Assembly: GCA_946547845.1 (NCBI GenBank)
Contig: CAMNPJ010000001.1
Coordinates: 18,985-82,984 of the forward strand
Direction: 5' to 3'
From: an uncultured Treponema sp.
GTDB lineage: Bacteria > Spirochaetota > Spirochaetia > Treponematales > Treponemataceae
Length of the DNA: 64,000 nt
Positions 17,280 to 29,306 of this stretch are shown in pieces; the stretch's first letter is position 1, and each line of letters opens with the position of its first letter. The translations under genes were made by a program, and so were the position numbers. The notes under the pieces are model-generated. The model was not told where the DNA came from. It did no database searches and worked only from the letters and a program-made list of their open reading frames with translations.

Positions 17280-17737
17280 TTTTCTCCTCCTATTTTTTTG
17301 ACTTCCTCTATAAACTCATCAAGGTTGTTGAAATGCTTGTAAACGCTGGCAAAGCGGATGTAGGCAACCTTGTCTATGGAATTCAGGCGGCAGAGCACGA
17401 GCTCGCCCAAGTCGGCGGTGGAAATCTCGCGGGCGGCCTTTCCCTTCTTGTATGCCTCGTCCTCAATCTCGGTGACCAGCTGGTCTATCATGCTCATGGA
17501 GACAGGGCGCTTCTCCAGCGCGCGCTCGATTCCCTTGGCAAGCTTGTCGCTCTCAAAGGGCTGGCGCCGTCCGTCACGCTTGATGACCATGAAGGGCTTC
17601 TCCTCAATGCGCTCGTAGCTGGTAAAACGGTAGCCGCAGCCCAGACACTCGCGGCGGCGGCGGATACTCTCGCCGTTCGCCATCGTTCTGGATTCAATCA
17701 CTTTGTCGTCAAGGCTTCCGCATGAAGGGCACCGCAT
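17276..17737 (-). CDS. nrdR: transcriptional repressor NrdR
   Basis: MRCPSCGS...CLGCGYRFTSYE zinc ribbon plus ATP-cone; 153 aa. Confidence 0.9.
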   Translation of the reverse strand: MRCPSCGSLDDKVIESRTMANGESIRRRRECLGCGYRFTSYERIEEKPFMVIKRDGRRQPFESDKLAKGIERALEKRPVSMSMIDQLVTEIEDEAYKKGKAAREISTADLGELVLCRLNSIDKVAYIRFASVYKHFNNLDEFIEEVKKIGGEK

Positions 17738-17782
17738 CTGTATTCACCTCACCTGTAGCGTCATCCGCATGATATTTTTACT

Positions 17783-17812
17783 ATGATACACCACCTGTCC
17801 AGAAGAATTCAA
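17783..17812 (-). promoter_or_regulatory. sigma-70-type promoter TTGAAT-N18-TATCAT upstream of nrdR
   Basis: Minus strand TTGAATtcttctggacaggtggtgTATCAT, ~45 nt before the nrdR ATG. Confidence 0.35.
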
Positions 17813-17927
17813 CTAGAATTTTGTATGCGGCAAAAAGAATTCGCGGGGATGGAAAAGCCAGCCCCTGCATAGAAAGCAGAGATGACATACAGCCCGTACC
17901 GGAGCCGTGGAATTTTCCAGAAAACGC

Positions 17928-17956
17928 TTGCCATGCCGTGCAAAATATGCTATATT
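17928..17956 (+). promoter_or_regulatory. sigma-70-type promoter TTGCCA-N17-TATATT upstream of the Pur-alpha-like gene
   Basis: Read directly from the sequence. Leader of ~125 nt to ATG 18086. Confidence 0.45.
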
Positions 17957-18085
17957 CTTCCGGAAAACAGCAGCATGCCGCATGACGACGGCAGCTATCC
18001 ATAACAGTTTCAAAGGCAACGCTAAAAACTGAGATTTCTGGCGTTTTCCATCAGCAAATCATCTACATTACGAAGGAAGGATTTT

Positions 18086-18550
18086 ATGGGTATACGTGGT
18101 GAGCTTTATACGAATCAGGTGAATCTGGATAACCGCTCCTATTTTTTCAACGTAAAGGAAAACCGCAACGGCGACGTGTTCCTGCAGATTGTGGAGAGCA
18201 AAATCAAGGACGGGCTTGATGACCGCCGCGCCATCGTCGTCTTTGCCGACGACATGCAGAAATTCCTCGGCGGCATGGACGAGTCGCTTAAGTTCATCGA
18301 CAAAGACCGCAAGGAGAAGGCGAAGCTCCGCGCGGAGAAAAAAGCCGAGAAGGACGCGAAATATGCGGCGGGCGCCGCGGACGGCCTTGGCGGCAAAAAA
18401 ATCTACCGCCGCAAGGGCGAGAGCCGCCTGGTGGCAGAGCGCCGCTCCGAGCGGCAGGACGACGGCATCAAGCGCACGGGCCGCGTCATCCATGTGACCT
18501 CAAAGCGCAGCCCTGCCGCGCCTGAGCAGCAGCCCGCGGACGAATACTAA
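18086..18550 (+). CDS. Pur-alpha-like nucleic-acid-binding protein (DUF3276 family)
   Basis: NRSYFFNVKENRNGDVFLQIVESK pattern resembles the PUR repeat of the spirochaetal Pur-alpha homologue. Lys/Glu-rich tail. RBS GAAGGAAGG. Confidence 0.55.
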   Translation: MGIRGELYTNQVNLDNRSYFFNVKENRNGDVFLQIVESKIKDGLDDRRAIVVFADDMQKFLGGMDESLKFIDKDRKEKAKLRAEKKAEKDAKYAAGAADGLGGKKIYRRKGESRLVAERRSERQDDGIKRTGRVIHVTSKRSPAAPEQQPADEY

Positions 18551-18607
18551 GAAAGCACCAGTTCTCTCCCTTCCCCGGGGCAGGCACCTGCGCTTCCCTC
18601 GTGCCGC

Positions 18608-19210
18608 TCAGTAGGAGAAGCTGAGCCGCTGGATAGGGCTCGGCCCCAGCTCCCGGCACGCTTTCTTATGGGCGGGTGTGGGATAGCCTTTGTGCCGGGC
18701 ATAGCCGTAGGCCGGGTACAGGCGGTCATAGTCCAGCATGATGCGGTCGCGCCCCTCCTTTGCGATGATGCTCGCCGCCATAACGCAGGGGTAGCGGGCG
18801 TCAGCCTTCGGCTCGCAGCGCACGGCGCATCCTATGGCGGGGCAAAAGGTGCCGTCCGCAATCGCGTCCAGCGCCGGCTCAGCTATCTCCGCCATGCCGC
18901 GGGCGGCACACCATGCGGGCAGCTTCCGCAGCATCATGCGGTACGCGATTGCCATCGCCTTCAGGCTCGCCTGGAGGATGTTGATGCGGTCAATCTCCTC
19001 GTTGCTGACGACACCGAATCCCCAGCAGGCGCGCTCCTGTATCAGTTTTTCTGCGGCCGCCCGCTTCTTTGGGGAAAGCCGCTTGCTGTCGTCCAGCAGC
19101 TCCACCGGAAAATCATCGGGCAGCAGCACGCATCCGGCCGTCACCGGTCCTGCGAGCGGCCCGCGCCCGGCCTCATCAAGTCCTACCGTGAACATACGCT
19201 CAGAAGCCAT
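18608..19210 (-). CDS. rnhB: ribonuclease HII
   Basis: GLDEAGRGPLAGPV, DDSKRLSPKKR, HKGYPT motifs. Start ATG 19210 or 19195 (the track ORF is over-extended). Confidence 0.85.
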   Translation of the reverse strand: MASERMFTVGLDEAGRGPLAGPVTAGCVLLPDDFPVELLDDSKRLSPKKRAAAEKLIQERACWGFGVVSNEEIDRINILQASLKAMAIAYRMMLRKLPAWCAARGMAEIAEPALDAIADGTFCPAIGCAVRCEPKADARYPCVMAASIIAKEGRDRIMLDYDRLYPAYGYARHKGYPTPAHKKACRELGPSPIQRLSFSY

Positions 19211-21347
19211 CGGTCGTATTCCCCCGCTCCTCTCTGACGACAGTATCGGCGTCCTTCCACACCGGCAGCACCGACGGCTTTCCCGCGGCGCCGGCATAGA
19301 GGGGGCGCGCGGCAAAGGAATTGTCCGACAGGCTCGCCTCCGCCCGCACCAGCTCAAGGCAGCGCCCCGTGCGGCAGGTGACGGCGAGCGTAGAATTCCG
19401 CAGGGAGAATTTTCCGCCGCTCACGCAGAAGACGACAGCTGTGCGCGCGGCCGCGGAGACCCCGCCCTGCGACACCGAGCAGTCCGTATTCCGCACGGAG
19501 ACGGCGCAGGCATAGGAAGGAGCCTGCACGGCAAAAGCCGCGTTGTCCAGATAAAGCTTTGAGGAGGATGCCTCCACAAGCATGCCGTTCTGGCGGAACT
19601 GCCCCTTCACGTCGCAGTTGCGCAGCGTCAGCGTGGAGCCGCTCACGGTCAGGAGCTTTGTGTCGTCCGCGCGGGAAGAGGCTTTGTCCAGGACGCAGTT
19701 GCGGATTTCCACCTGCGAGCCCTCAATGCGAAGCCCCTCGCCCTCGGCAAAAAGCAGGGTATTGTGGCTGCCCAGAATCGTACAGGACGAGCGGATGGTA
19801 TACGCGCCGCCCACAGGAATGTTCCCGCTCACATGCAGGCGCATATCGGAGCTCGCGTTTATCGCCTCCACCGCCTGCGCGAACGAGGTGAAGGGGCGGT
19901 TGTAGCTGCCGTCGGGAATCTCGGAGGAAGCCGAGGCCGACGGCCGCAGGTAGAAATTCAGCTCATCGACGACAACGCGGTATTCGGTCTCGTAGCTGCG
20001 GTTGCCGGCAGCATCCACCGCATAGGCATGGATTTTGTAGAACGTCGCGTGGTCGGAGACCGAGGAGAAGAGCAGATCCTTGCCGTCATACAGCACGAAC
20101 TGCCCCGTCTGCACGGCATCAAAGGAAGCCCTGTTCCGCTCCTCGGACTCAATCTCGAATTCCAGCGGCTCGCTCACGGCGACATAGATATCGGCATGCT
20201 GCTCCGCGCTGATTGAGACCGACACCTGGCTGTGCAGGAATGCGTTCCGCGTGGAAGACATGATGACCGGAGGCGCAGGCGGGCGCCTGTCCAATGAGAA
20301 GGGAGCTTCCAGCGTCCCCTGATACACCCCGTCATAGTAGACGCCGGCGCGCATGACGCCCTCAAGCTCGTCCCCCGCAAAGGTGTCCGCCACAAGCTGC
20401 CGGAACTGCCCTTCTGCGACACCGTCAAGGGACTGGCTCCCGACGGGGCGGGCAAGCAGGAATGGCACGGAGGAATAATCGCGCACCGCCGGCTGCAGGC
20501 TGAACACGGCACAGCCGTCGCCGCTGCCCGTGCAGCGCAGCTGGGGCATGGGGGGCAGCCGGTAGGAGAACACGGAGGCGCTCTCCGGGCTTCCGCTGAC
20601 CTTCCAGCGCAGCGTGTGCTCGGAAAAACGCTCAAGCGTCAGCTCTGTCTCCCCGTCCATCCAGTCGCCGTCGTCCAGCTGGTAGGAATACTTGCGGCTG
20701 CCAAGGACAAGCGTCGTCCAGTTCTGTATGGCAAAGGGGACGCTCCGCCTGCGCAGCGCCTCGGCATCGGCGGCCACGACATGCATCACGAAATGCCAGC
20801 TCCCGGTGCCCGCCGCGGAGCGCACCGTCAGCGGAACATAGCGTTCCCAGGTGTTCTTCTCGGAAAGGGAAAGCGCGGTGCCCGGAACAAAGCGCCCCGC
20901 ATCATCGTAGAGGCTGAAGGAAAATTCCGGGGGAATGGAGAAGAGCGTGCCCGATACATATCTGCGCAGGGGATTCTCCGATATCGTCCGCACAAAGGCT
21001 ATGGCGTCGGGACTCGCCCCGGCCAGAGGGACATCGCGGACGGTATAGGAGACGGTCACGTCGCTGCGCCTGCCGTCTTTGGAGACAGCGGCAATCTTGA
21101 CGCGCACGTCGCCCTTCTGCTCGATGATGACAGGCCCGTCATACGCGAAACCTGACAGGAGCGGATCACTGCCGGTGAGGGAATAATACAGCTCGCTGCC
21201 GTCCGGCACATTCAGGACGAGCGGCTGCACGTTGCCCCACACGCCCGGAAGCGGGCTGATGACATTCTCGGCAGAGAACGCGGCCGCGGGAAGTACGAGG
21301 ACGGCACCAAGCAGAAGGCGGCAGAGCGCGCGCAGGAAGATTTTCAT
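19200..21347 (-). CDS. secreted protein with C-terminal right-handed beta-helix-like repeats
   Basis: Signal peptide MKIFLRALCRLLLGAVLVLPAAAFSA. The C-terminal third has periodic short-strand repeats (IRNCVLD, LRNCDVKG, LRNSTLAV) typical of pectate-lyase-fold proteins. Confidence 0.55.
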   Translation of the reverse strand: MKIFLRALCRLLLGAVLVLPAAAFSAENVISPLPGVWGNVQPLVLNVPDGSELYYSLTGSDPLLSGFAYDGPVIIEQKGDVRVKIAAVSKDGRRSDVTVSYTVRDVPLAGASPDAIAFVRTISENPLRRYVSGTLFSIPPEFSFSLYDDAGRFVPGTALSLSEKNTWERYVPLTVRSAAGTGSWHFVMHVVAADAEALRRRSVPFAIQNWTTLVLGSRKYSYQLDDGDWMDGETELTLERFSEHTLRWKVSGSPESASVFSYRLPPMPQLRCTGSGDGCAVFSLQPAVRDYSSVPFLLARPVGSQSLDGVAEGQFRQLVADTFAGDELEGVMRAGVYYDGVYQGTLEAPFSLDRRPPAPPVIMSSTRNAFLHSQVSVSISAEQHADIYVAVSEPLEFEIESEERNRASFDAVQTGQFVLYDGKDLLFSSVSDHATFYKIHAYAVDAAGNRSYETEYRVVVDELNFYLRPSASASSEIPDGSYNRPFTSFAQAVEAINASSDMRLHVSGNIPVGGAYTIRSSCTILGSHNTLLFAEGEGLRIEGSQVEIRNCVLDKASSRADDTKLLTVSGSTLTLRNCDVKGQFRQNGMLVEASSSKLYLDNAAFAVQAPSYACAVSVRNTDCSVSQGGVSAAARTAVVFCVSGGKFSLRNSTLAVTCRTGRCLELVRAEASLSDNSFAARPLYAGAAGKPSVLPVWKDADTVVREERGNTTDGF

Positions 21348-21364
21348 CGTATGCCGCCGCCCCC

Positions 21365-21970
21365 TCACTTTCTGAAGACCTGCGCAAGGACATCCCGCAG
21401 CTCAGGGTAAGGCTTGTAAAAATGCTCCTCAAGCTCCTCCTGCGTCAGCCCCACCATCTCGTGGCTGCAATAGTTTATCCAGTTGTTCGCGTCAGGGCGC
21501 TCAATCTCAAATTTACGGCACCAGTAATCGGGGCGAATCGGCGGCTGCTCCTTGTACTTGTAAATCTTATAGTCATGGACGACAACCTTTATGCTCTCCC
21601 TCGGCACGCCTTTCTCCAGCAGCACGCTCACCAGATAATTGAGCGTGCGGCCGGAATCATAGATGTCGTCCACCAGCATTATCTTGTCGCCGGGGCGCAG
21701 GTAATCGGGGGAATACGTCCATCCGTCGATGCGCACCGCGTCATGCTGCTTGACGTCGCTGTACGAGCGGGCCACCACGGCGGCATAGAGCACGGGCTTA
21801 TGGTCGCGCAGCGCGACCTTATAGTACTCGCTGATGACGTTCGCCATATATGCGCCCCCCCTGAGCGAGGCATAGATGATGTCAGGCACAAAGCCGTCCT
21901 GCTGGTAAATCGTGTGCGCAAGCTTAAGCGCGTCGTTGCGGACAATCTCATACTGCAAAAATTCTTTCAT
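21365..21970 (-). CDS. phosphoribosyltransferase (purine-salvage type)
   Basis: PRPP-binding loop KIMLVDDIYDSGRTL. ATG 21970 sits 12 nt after AAGGAG (the track ORF opens at TTG 21991). Confidence 0.75.
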   Translation of the reverse strand: MKEFLQYEIVRNDALKLAHTIYQQDGFVPDIIYASLRGGAYMANVISEYYKVALRDHKPVLYAAVVARSYSDVKQHDAVRIDGWTYSPDYLRPGDKIMLVDDIYDSGRTLNYLVSVLLEKGVPRESIKVVVHDYKIYKYKEQPPIRPDYWCRKFEIERPDANNWINYCSHEMVGLTQEELEEHFYKPYPELRDVLAQVFRK

Positions 21971-22177
21971 ATTACACCACAGCTCCTTCAAACCTTAGCG
22001 GGCACGTCCCAAAAGCCTGTCACCAGGGCTGAACGGGAAGCTTTCGTTTCCGAATCAGCTCTCCTTTTGAAACGGCCTCCAGCTCCAGAAACCGAAGCCT
22101 TGGAGCTTCGAAGCTCCGAGCGCTTCCCCTGATTCTATGCATCCGCAAAAAAGCCGATGCTTGCCGCGCAGAAAAAC
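21971..22177 (-). promoter_or_regulatory. riboswitch-like structured leader of the phosphoribosyltransferase gene
   Basis: P1 GGGAAGC/GCUUCCC encloses three hairpins. Then AGCCCUG-GUGA-CAGGCU plus UUUU, then SD AAGGAG. Confidence 0.4.
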
Positions 22178-23480
22178 CTAGCGGCGGTTCGCCTTGTAGA
22201 CCTCCGCAAGAATCCGTATGCCTTCCTCCAGCTCGTCGTCGGGACGCGCGTAGTTCAGGCGCAGGCACTTGCTGTAATGGGGGTGGGATTCCGCAGGGGG
22301 AAGGGACGAAGATTCGTCCTGCCCGAAGAAGAAATACTCGCCCGGCACAACGATGACGCCCCGCTCCTTGAGCTTGCGGTACAATACTTTGGTAGGCACC
22401 GCAAGGTCGCGCATAAGCAGCCAGAGGAAGATAGAGCCCTCCCCTTTGTGCACGGCATAGTCACCGCCCGCAAAATAGCGGTGCACCCACTGCACCGCCT
22501 TGCGGTTCTTCTCCTCGTAGAAGGGGCGCACACAGCTGGAGGCGCAGGAGATAAGCGAGCCGTCCCTGATGAGCCGCTCGGCAATGGCCTGACCAAGGCT
22601 CCCCGACGCAAGCGCCACAATCGAATTCAGCTTGGAGAGCGCGTCCACGATTTCCTTGCGGGCAATGATGATGCCGGTACGGAGGCTCGGCAGCCCTATC
22701 TTGGAGAGGCTCATGCTCAGGATGACGTTCTCGTCCCAGTACGGCGTGGCGTCATCCGTAAAGATGATGTGCGGCCACGGGAGCCCGTAGGCATTGTCCA
22801 CGATGAGCGGAATGCCGTAGCGGGCGGCAAGCGAGGCCATGTGCCGCACCTCGCCGTCGGTAAGCACATTGCCGGTGGGGTTGGTGGGGCGGCTCACGCA
22901 CATCGCTGCCACGTCCCTGTGCCCCGCAAGGTACGACTCCAGCCGCTCAAAGTCCACGAAGTACTTGAAGGTGTTGCTGCCGCAGTCCTCGAAGCGGGAC
23001 GGAATGCCGACAAAAAGGCCGGGCTCAATCCCCTGGTCAGCATAGCCAACGTATTCAGGTACGAGCGGGAACAAAATCTTGCGGCGGGTACGGCAAGCCG
23101 ACGCGTCCGTGCAGGTGCCGGCAAGCAGATTGAAGAGGTAAAAGCATGCGCTCTGGCTGCCGTTCGTTATGGCAATATTCTCCGGCGTGATAGCCCAGCC
23201 ATAGCTGCGGGACAGATACGACGCCACCGCCTCGATAAAAGACGCCTTCCCCTGCGGCCCGTCATAGCGCCCTATCAGATCCTCGAAGGCCCGCCCGTCC
23301 TGCAGGATGCGCTCCATCTCCGCGCGGTACAGCGACTCCACCTGCGCTATCTGCGCGGGATTGCCGCCGCCAAGCGCGTAAGTCCGTATGCCGGGAGGCG
23401 GCGGGGAACCGAGATCGTCCATGAGCCGGAGAATGCCGGAATCCCCCGTCAGCTTCCTGCCGAAATCAGAGAAAATCGCT

Positions 23481-23488
<8 letters not shown>
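22178..23488 (-). CDS. class I/II aminotransferase, valine--pyruvate transaminase-like
   Basis: LGGGNPA, ITNGSQSA, SLSKIGLP (PLP lysine) motifs. ATG 23488 overlaps the clpC stop (ATGACTGA). Confidence 0.7.
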
Positions 23489-26045
<2,557 letters not shown>

Positions 26046-26171
26046 CTGAAAATAAAACCTCCTCGGCGCAGGAAAAGCCACGACCTTCCTGACACCGCCA
26101 GCCACGGCTCCGGCCAGACCGGAAGCAGCGGCGCTCTCGTATGGCAAACGGGCTGCAGGAGCCCGCCCCTT

Positions 26172-27299
26172 TTACTGGATGACCTTTACGTCCTCGAATG
26201 CCTCCTGAAGAATCAGCGCGCGGAGGCGCTCGTTCTTCTTGGCAGCATTGGCGCTGACGTCCTTCTCGAATTTGAAGCTTCCGTTCTTGAGCACGTACTC
26301 AAGGTGCCCCTCCTGGATGCGGTACAAAAGCGCCCTGAGCGAAGCGTCCTCTATGCCGCAGAGCATCCCCATGTCAGTCCCCCACTTTATGCCGCTGATG
26401 ATATCGATTGCCTCCCGCAGGGGAATAAAGAGGCTGGAGCGGGCAAGCGCCACGGAGCGGTACAGATAGTTGCGCACGTCGCTCGGCATATCGCGGCGGC
26501 ATTCGCTGCGGGCGCTCCGCTCCATCTCCATGATTTTTTTTCCGGCGGAGACAATGGAGGCAAGCTGGTCAAGCTCGGAGCCGCTGCCACAGTTCGTGGA
26601 GGAAAGCTCGTAGTACGCGCCGAGCGAGGCTCCGGTTCCCCCGGCGCCGCTCACATTGTCCATGCCGCCAGAGCCGAAGCTTGCCGAAAACAGAACGCCT
26701 TTCCCGGACATATCCTCGGCGATGCTGCGGATGCGCCCCTGCATGGACAGCGAGGGTAGGTGCACGCGTATGGAGATACGCATTCCGCTGCCGGAATCCA
26801 GCAGGGAAGACGTCAGGTAGCCGAAATCATAGCTCGCGGCAAACTGGATATGCTGCTGCAGCCCCTTGTCAACGGCCTGGGACACCTGCAGCGCGGTGCT
26901 GCAGTCCATGCCCGGCGCAAAAGACGAGATATGCACGTGGTCGGCGATGTTCACCGTGCAGGCGACCCTGCCGTCCGTGCGGAGGATAATCCCCGCGTCC
27001 TTTCCGGAGCTGCCCGCCGAAGGGCCGAGTATGCCGCGTTCCTCAAGAATCCGCGAGCCAAGGCTGTCAAGCTGGCTGACCGCTATCGCCTGGAACTGCT
27101 CGCAGTCCTCAAGGTGGTTGAACGCGTCGAAGACGATAGACTGAATGCGCTCGCCGTCGGTACCGCGCAGTTTTGCAGGAAAGGGAAAATTCGCAAGGTT
27201 CCGCGCAAGGCGCACCTTGGTGGAGACAACGACATCGTCGTCGTTCCCCCGGTACGTGTACCATGCGTCCTGCCCGGAGGAAAGCATTTTGCCGCCCAT
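26172..27299 (-). CDS. mcsB: protein arginine kinase (ATP:guanido phosphotransferase)
   Basis: VRLARNLANFPFP and guanido-kinase core. Start overlaps the mcsA stop (TGATG). Confidence 0.85.
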   Translation of the reverse strand: MGGKMLSSGQDAWYTYRGNDDDVVVSTKVRLARNLANFPFPAKLRGTDGERIQSIVFDAFNHLEDCEQFQAIAVSQLDSLGSRILEERGILGPSAGSSGKDAGIILRTDGRVACTVNIADHVHISSFAPGMDCSTALQVSQAVDKGLQQHIQFAASYDFGYLTSSLLDSGSGMRISIRVHLPSLSMQGRIRSIAEDMSGKGVLFSASFGSGGMDNVSGAGGTGASLGAYYELSSTNCGSGSELDQLASIVSAGKKIMEMERSARSECRRDMPSDVRNYLYRSVALARSSLFIPLREAIDIISGIKWGTDMGMLCGIEDASLRALLYRIQEGHLEYVLKNGSFKFEKDVSANAAKKNERLRALILQEAFEDVKVIQ

Positions 27300-27823
27300 C
27301 AGGCCTCCTCTCTTCCGCCGTCCGCGACGGGAGCCTTCTCCAGCGCCTTCAGATAATCGCGGTACATGGCGGCCTTCTCGTAATCCTCGGCGGCAACAGC
27401 CGCGCTCAGCTTGTTCTGGAGGACAACGCGGTCGTTCAGCACGGAATGCACGCTCGCCAGCCGCTCCGGCATGGAGCCGGTGTATGTGCCCTTGACGCCC
27501 TTCGCGCCCAGATACTTCCTTATATCAGTCTTAAAAATAGAGTAACATTCCGGGCAACCGGCGCTGCCGCTCTTGCGGATCTCGCCCACGCTCATGCCGC
27601 AGACCGGGCACATCCGGCTGTTCTCCGCCTGCATGCGCTTGGTGATACCCGCCAGCTCCTTGAACAAATCCCCGATGGAGGATTCGATGCTCCTGGGGTC
27701 AGGGCTGATACCGCGCTGGATGGCGCATTCGACGCACATGTTTATCTTGCGCTTCTGGCCGCTGCCGCTGATTTGTTCCAGATAAATAACCGCGTCCCGC
27801 TCATGGCAAAAATCACAAAGCAT
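27299..27823 (-). CDS. mcsA: McsA-like zinc-finger/UVR-motif activator of McsB
   Basis: CDFC...CVEC and CPVC...CPEC zinc fingers, C-terminal UVR motif EDYEKAAMYRD. ATG 27823. Confidence 0.75.
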   Translation of the reverse strand: MLCDFCHERDAVIYLEQISGSGQKRKINMCVECAIQRGISPDPRSIESSIGDLFKELAGITKRMQAENSRMCPVCGMSVGEIRKSGSAGCPECYSIFKTDIRKYLGAKGVKGTYTGSMPERLASVHSVLNDRVVLQNKLSAAVAAEDYEKAAMYRDYLKALEKAPVADGGREEA

Positions 27824-27986
27824 ATCACCGAACCCCTTACAACATGCTCGGAAGGGCAAAAAAAGACCTTCCCCCTCCAATATAAGACATTTTCCCAAAA
27901 TATGCTAGAGCCAGCCCCGCACGCACGGAAATCACGTGTGCGCCCCCTGCTGCCGCAGCATAAAAAACTGTTCCCCGGAGCGGCAG

Positions 27987-29306
27987 CTACATCTTGCGCA
28001 GCGTATCCAGCGGCTTCTCGCTGCCGGCCCTGATTGCGGGCAGCGCGGAGACAAGCAGCGAAAGCAGGAGCGTTCCCAGCACGACGAGCAGCAGCTCGCG
28101 GAAGGGGACGGTCACCGGAATCTGCTGCAGGTAGTACGCGGGATCGAGCAGGTGGATTGCGGTGTAGGACGCCGCGTCCCCATGCCGGAGCATAAAGATG
28201 CAGCGGGCACCGGCATTGACAAGGCGCTCCATGGTGGAGATAAGCGTGTTGATGTTGACAGAGGCAAAGAGCCCCAGCGGCAGTCCGAAGAGCACCCCTG
28301 CGGCGCCGGCGGAAAAACCGGCAAGGAGAAAGGCCGCCGTTATGCCGTCCGCAGCGGCTCCCATGCTCTTAAGGATGGCAATCTCCCGGCGGCGCTCCAT
28401 CACCAGCATGACAAGCGCGGAGCTGATATTGACGCTGGCGACGAGCACGATGAGCAGCATGACGAGCAGCAGCAATATCTTTGTGGAGGCAAAGTTCTCG
28501 TACTGGGCGGCATGCAGCTCGTTCCACGTGTAGACATCGCAGCCTTCACCCGCAGCCTCCTGCACAAGGCGGCGCGTCCGCATCAGCTCCGGAGAGAACG
28601 AGTCCGGCGTCATGATGCTCACGATGCGCTGCACCGCAGCCTGCGGGAAAAACGCCTCCCCCGCCTCAAAAGGAATAAAGACCCAGAGCGCGTCAAGCTC
28701 CTGATAGCCGCAGGACACGATACCCGCCACGGTGAACACGGCGGCTTTTGGCCGCACCGCAGCGCCCTCCCCGGCCGCAGGGCTTGCCGTTATCAGCGTA
28801 ATCTTGTCCCCCGCATGCAGGCTCAGGTCGCGGGCAACCTTCTGGCCGATGACTGCATTCCTGCCGCCCGACAAATCCGCGCCGCCCTCCTCCACGGAGA
28901 AATAGGTGGCGAACGCATGGTTCTCCGCAAAGATGTCCTGCGGTACGGCGCGCACCGTGACGCCTGTCCGGGCGCTCTTTCCTGCCGCAAGCGCGATGCC
29001 CCGGAGCTCCGCGCTCGCGCGCGACACCCCCTCCACGCCGGAAAGCCCTTCCGCAAGGCGCCGGAGCGGGATTGCCGCCGGGACGCGCACGGAGATATCC
29101 TGCGAGGAAAGCCCAATGATGCGCCCCGTGATACCCTCTATCATACCATCGCTGACGGAAAGGACGGCGACGAGCGGAACAAGGCTTATGCCGATGCTGA
29201 GCATCGCGCCCACGAGCCCCTTGCGCCCCCTGCCTGAATCCCCGCCGCCGCGCGGGAGCACCAGCCGCAGGGCATACAGCACGCTGGAACGGAAGGTCAT
29301 CGGCAT
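27987..29306 (-). CDS. ABC transporter permease, FtsX/LolC/LolE family
   Basis: N-terminal TM, large extracytoplasmic loop, three C-terminal TMs. Adjacent to a LolD-like ATPase. Confidence 0.75.
   Translation of the reverse strand: MPMTFRSSVLYALRLVLPRGGGDSGRGRKGLVGAMLSIGISLVPLVAVLSVSDGMIEGITGRIIGLSSQDISVRVPAAIPLRRLAEGLSGVEGVSRASAELRGIALAAGKSARTGVTVRAVPQDIFAENHAFATYFSVEEGGADLSGGRNAVIGQKVARDLSLHAGDKITLITASPAAGEGAAVRPKAAVFTVAGIVSCGYQELDALWVFIPFEAGEAFFPQAAVQRIVSIMTPDSFSPELMRTRRLVQEAAGEGCDVYTWNELHAAQYENFASTKILLLLVMLLIVLVASVNISSALVMLVMERRREIAILKSMGAAADGITAAFLLAGFSAGAAGVLFGLPLGLFASVNINTLISTMERLVNAGARCIFMLRHGDAASYTAIHLLDPAYYLQQIPVTVPFRELLLVVLGTLLLSLLVSALPAIRAGSEKPLDTLRKM

Noticed and set aside
17738-17830. 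NrdR boxes in the nrdR-nrdD promoter region; TATCATAGTAAAAATATCATG contains two TATCAT copies.
   Set aside because: I could not align either copy to the 16-bp palindromic NrdR-box consensus (acaCwAtATaTwGtgt) with acceptable mismatches, and one copy is simply the -10 hexamer. A PWM scan is needed before calling it.
27824-27986. CtsR operator or CIRCE element upstream of mcsA, and the hairpins GGAAGG-N11-CCTTCC and GCTGCCGC-N23-GCGGCAGC.
   Set aside because: There is no GGTCAAA-type heptad repeat and no TTAGCACTC-N9-GAGTGCTAA. The hairpins have large loops and no flanking U-tract, so I would not call them terminators or operators.
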